A DNA stretch of 64,000 bases from Oikopleura dioica (Eukaryota; Animalia; Chordata), in NCBI GenBank assembly GCA_907165135.1, contig OU015566.1:2728001-2792000 (forward strand), given 5' to 3'. The position numbers and the translations under genes are program-made. The notes under the pieces are model-generated. The model had not been told where the DNA came from and did not search any database. It saw nothing but the letters and a program-made list of their open reading frames with translations. How positions within the stretch are numbered: position 1 is the stretch's first letter; each line of letters begins with the position of its first letter. Shown here piece by piece: positions 61,730-64,000 of the stretch.

Positions 61730-64000
61730 GGGGTTGAGCACAAAAGAATGGCGTACAAAACGAGTCGCCAAATCCGAAAAGAAGAGTTCAAACGTGGACA
61801 CCTACCGAATCTATCAAGAAGATCTGGAGCCCGAATCAGATGTTGACGGAGTGGTAATTTTAGACTGGTGGGGGAAGAAAGAAGCGCCGCCATATTTGAA
61901 AAAGTTGACAGATTCTTGTGGAGCGTGCTTTTTGACCAATGATCAAAGACGAGGTGAGAAAGTATTCCCGCAGCATTCAATGTTCACATTTTCTCCTTCG
62001 GTGAACTCGCTGGTGACACCCTTATTGTTATCTTGCTCTTCAACCCTGCCCTTTTCAAGACTCAGCAGTTCTTACGTAGTCGATTATCCCTTGCCCTTTT
62101 CAGAGCAAGAAAAGCCTTTGTTCCTCTTTGATCATCCTTTTTTCGACTGAAATGAACAAGCGCTAGAAAAGTAGGCCAATACAAAATCTCTTAATTCTTT
62201 ATTTTCCAAGTCGGAAAAGACAACGTTTCTAGGTTGGATCAAAAATGTTTTCGGGTCACTTGTCTCCGGATACAAGTTCGGACACGGGTTTTGTTCATGT
62301 ACATAGCGGGATAAGGAATATAGTGATATGCAAATAACCGGTAGGAAGGTTTGGTAAGTCGATAAAATGTTGATAAAACAAAGACGACTAGCCTTGAAGG
62401 TCAATTTGTATTGATCGAAACTAAACTTTAAAATTTCCAGGGCAAAAATCGTGAATCCGATCTTGAAGAATTAACCTAGTGACGCCCTTATTTTTTTCAA
62501 AATTGCTGAATTGTGAAAAGAACCGTTTTAGAGAGGAAAAGCTGTTTCGTTTCGAAGCGCGGTTTCTTTGAAAATTAAAATTCTTTGTTTTAGAAAAATC
62601 GGCTGATGGCATTCTTCTCGATAACACTCGTTATCTTCGTTATGCTCATTTGGACAAATTAGAAGAAAAGTATTTCAACCCGCCGAGTTTAAAAGACAGG
62701 AATGCCGACCAGTACTGGATCTTCTGGCCACGGGAGGCCGCGTCCAAAGGGGTAAGTCGAAACTTGCAAGCAACATTTTTTCCGAGCAAATGTCAAGAAA
62801 ATTGATAAGAAAAATATTTCTCCACGAAGATATTTGAAATTTCTAACTGAGGAATTTAATTTTGGAAAGATTCTTTTTCCAGATTTTCCAATGTCGTGGA
62901 AATCTGATGAAAGCGAATACTTTTTTAGATTTAAGAAATAACTTGATCTTATCGACCTGAGCTCGGCAACCTGTGTGCAGAACCTGAGTCAGGGTTTGAA
63001 AGGGTCTTTATGGCGAAGTTTTTTTCATTTTAAGGGGGTCCCCATCGATTTTGCTAAAGTCGGAATTTTCAAATTCTTTAATCATGTTTTCGATGATGAC
63101 ACCCTTAAGCATGCTTCTTCAAATCCTGACTCAGGTTTCTACAAAGATTTTTGATCGTAGATTTTTTTTGATTGGTCAAATATAAAAATCAAAAACAAGA
63201 AGCACACCTTGATTTTTTATCATTTTGCGGTTTTTTGATTATAGTTTTTGACCGTTCTACAAGACCGACACGATTTCCTTTTGGTAAATTTACACCTTGT
63301 CAAAGCATTCATCAATCTTCAAATTTTCTGATCAACAAATTGATAATGACCGTGAAACAAGTAAATTTTCCCGTCCACGAATCAATTGAAAGAAAAACGT
63401 TTTCAAACTTAATCTATCACGCAATCTCCTGTAGAACTTGCTGGAGTCTCTTTTTGAAATGCTTTCACTAGAACTCCTTCTTCAACTACTGCGGCGACCA
63501 CAGTTTCCCACGTGGAAAGGGCGCGGATCGAGGGCCCTGCGGTGACTTGAAAAGGAAAACGTTCTATCGAATCAAGTATCCGGGAATTTGTGATGAAATC
63601 GAGGAGACTTCGAATTACAGATTTGTTGGGAGGTCAATTTCTTAAAATGTTAGTTGAAGAAAAAATTCAAAAACAATGAATTTTCTTCTTAAAAACGACT
63701 GGCGCCAACCAGTGCGAAAATATTTAAAACATTCAAAATTCAATCACTTTTCTCATCACTTTTCTTCTTCAGGCGGATGAAGGAGTTGAACTGATGGCTG
63801 GTGGATGGGACGGTGCTTTCAATTTGACGACGAGTTACCGGATGGATTCCGACATTCCAAGACCCTTTGGTGATTTTGAGAGCGAGCTCAAATATGCGAG
63901 GTACAAATACAAAAACGGAAACTGGACGCAACGACAAACTCCTGAAGAACATCTCAAGGTAGATCATCATCATCGCTATTTTGAAACTGAGAGAAGTTCC
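61730..64000 (+). CDS. Alpha-1,3-fucosyltransferase (GT10 family), partial; 5' end uncertain (possibly about 60300), 3' end beyond the window
   Basis: Exons VVILDWWG...CGACFLTNDQRR (about 61730-61953), EKSADGILL...PPSLKDRNADQYWIFWPREAASKG (about 62595-62752) and DGAFNLTTSYRMDSDIPRPFG (63773-63900). These correspond to the GT10 motifs C.xT, AD.., R...Q.W....ES and FNxTxxYRxDSDI. Confidence 0.85.
62960..63145. mobile_element. CCTGAGTCAGG-family palindromic element in a fucosyltransferase intron
   Basis: GCTCGGCAACCTGTGTGCAGAACCTGAGTCAGGG ... CCTGACTCAGGTTTCTACAAAG. Confidence 0.65.

Overview
This is eukaryotic, AT-rich, very compact animal DNA with many 30-150 nt introns, several of them GA-AG. 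The gene content (connexin, S100, thyroid peroxidase) plus these introns points to a tunicate, most likely the larvacean Oikopleura dioica; this is inferred, not database-checked. Genes recognised by hand-splicing, in order: AMT/gcvT (runs off the left edge), an S100 gene with an in-frame stop, TPO (peroxidase-sushi-EGF-TM), a Thr-rich mucin-like protein with two copies of an unassigned 6-Cys module, a small membrane protein, a BRCT-less ECT2-like RhoGEF, a rolling-stone-like protein, a connexin, DOCK9/10/11, a TTC24-like TPR protein, a coiled-coil gene interrupted by a MITE, an orphan LDLa exon, cytidine deaminase, a multi-Ig protein, several hypothetical genes, and a GT10 alpha-1,3-fucosyltransferase (runs off the right edge). 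The non-coding DNA holds many non-autonomous DNA-transposon-like elements. Two are hAT-type MITEs with perfect 8-bp target-site duplications: one lies inside a coding exon and one duplicates a splice donor. There is also a nested element pair, a dispersed palindromic family built on the AP-1-like core CCTGA(G/C)TCAGG with a 13-copy tandem array, and a strongly over-represented 11-mer, TGACACCCTTA. No CRISPR array, rRNA, intact tRNA or autonomous transposase was seen. Exon boundaries were read by eye, and several 5' ends are uncertain.
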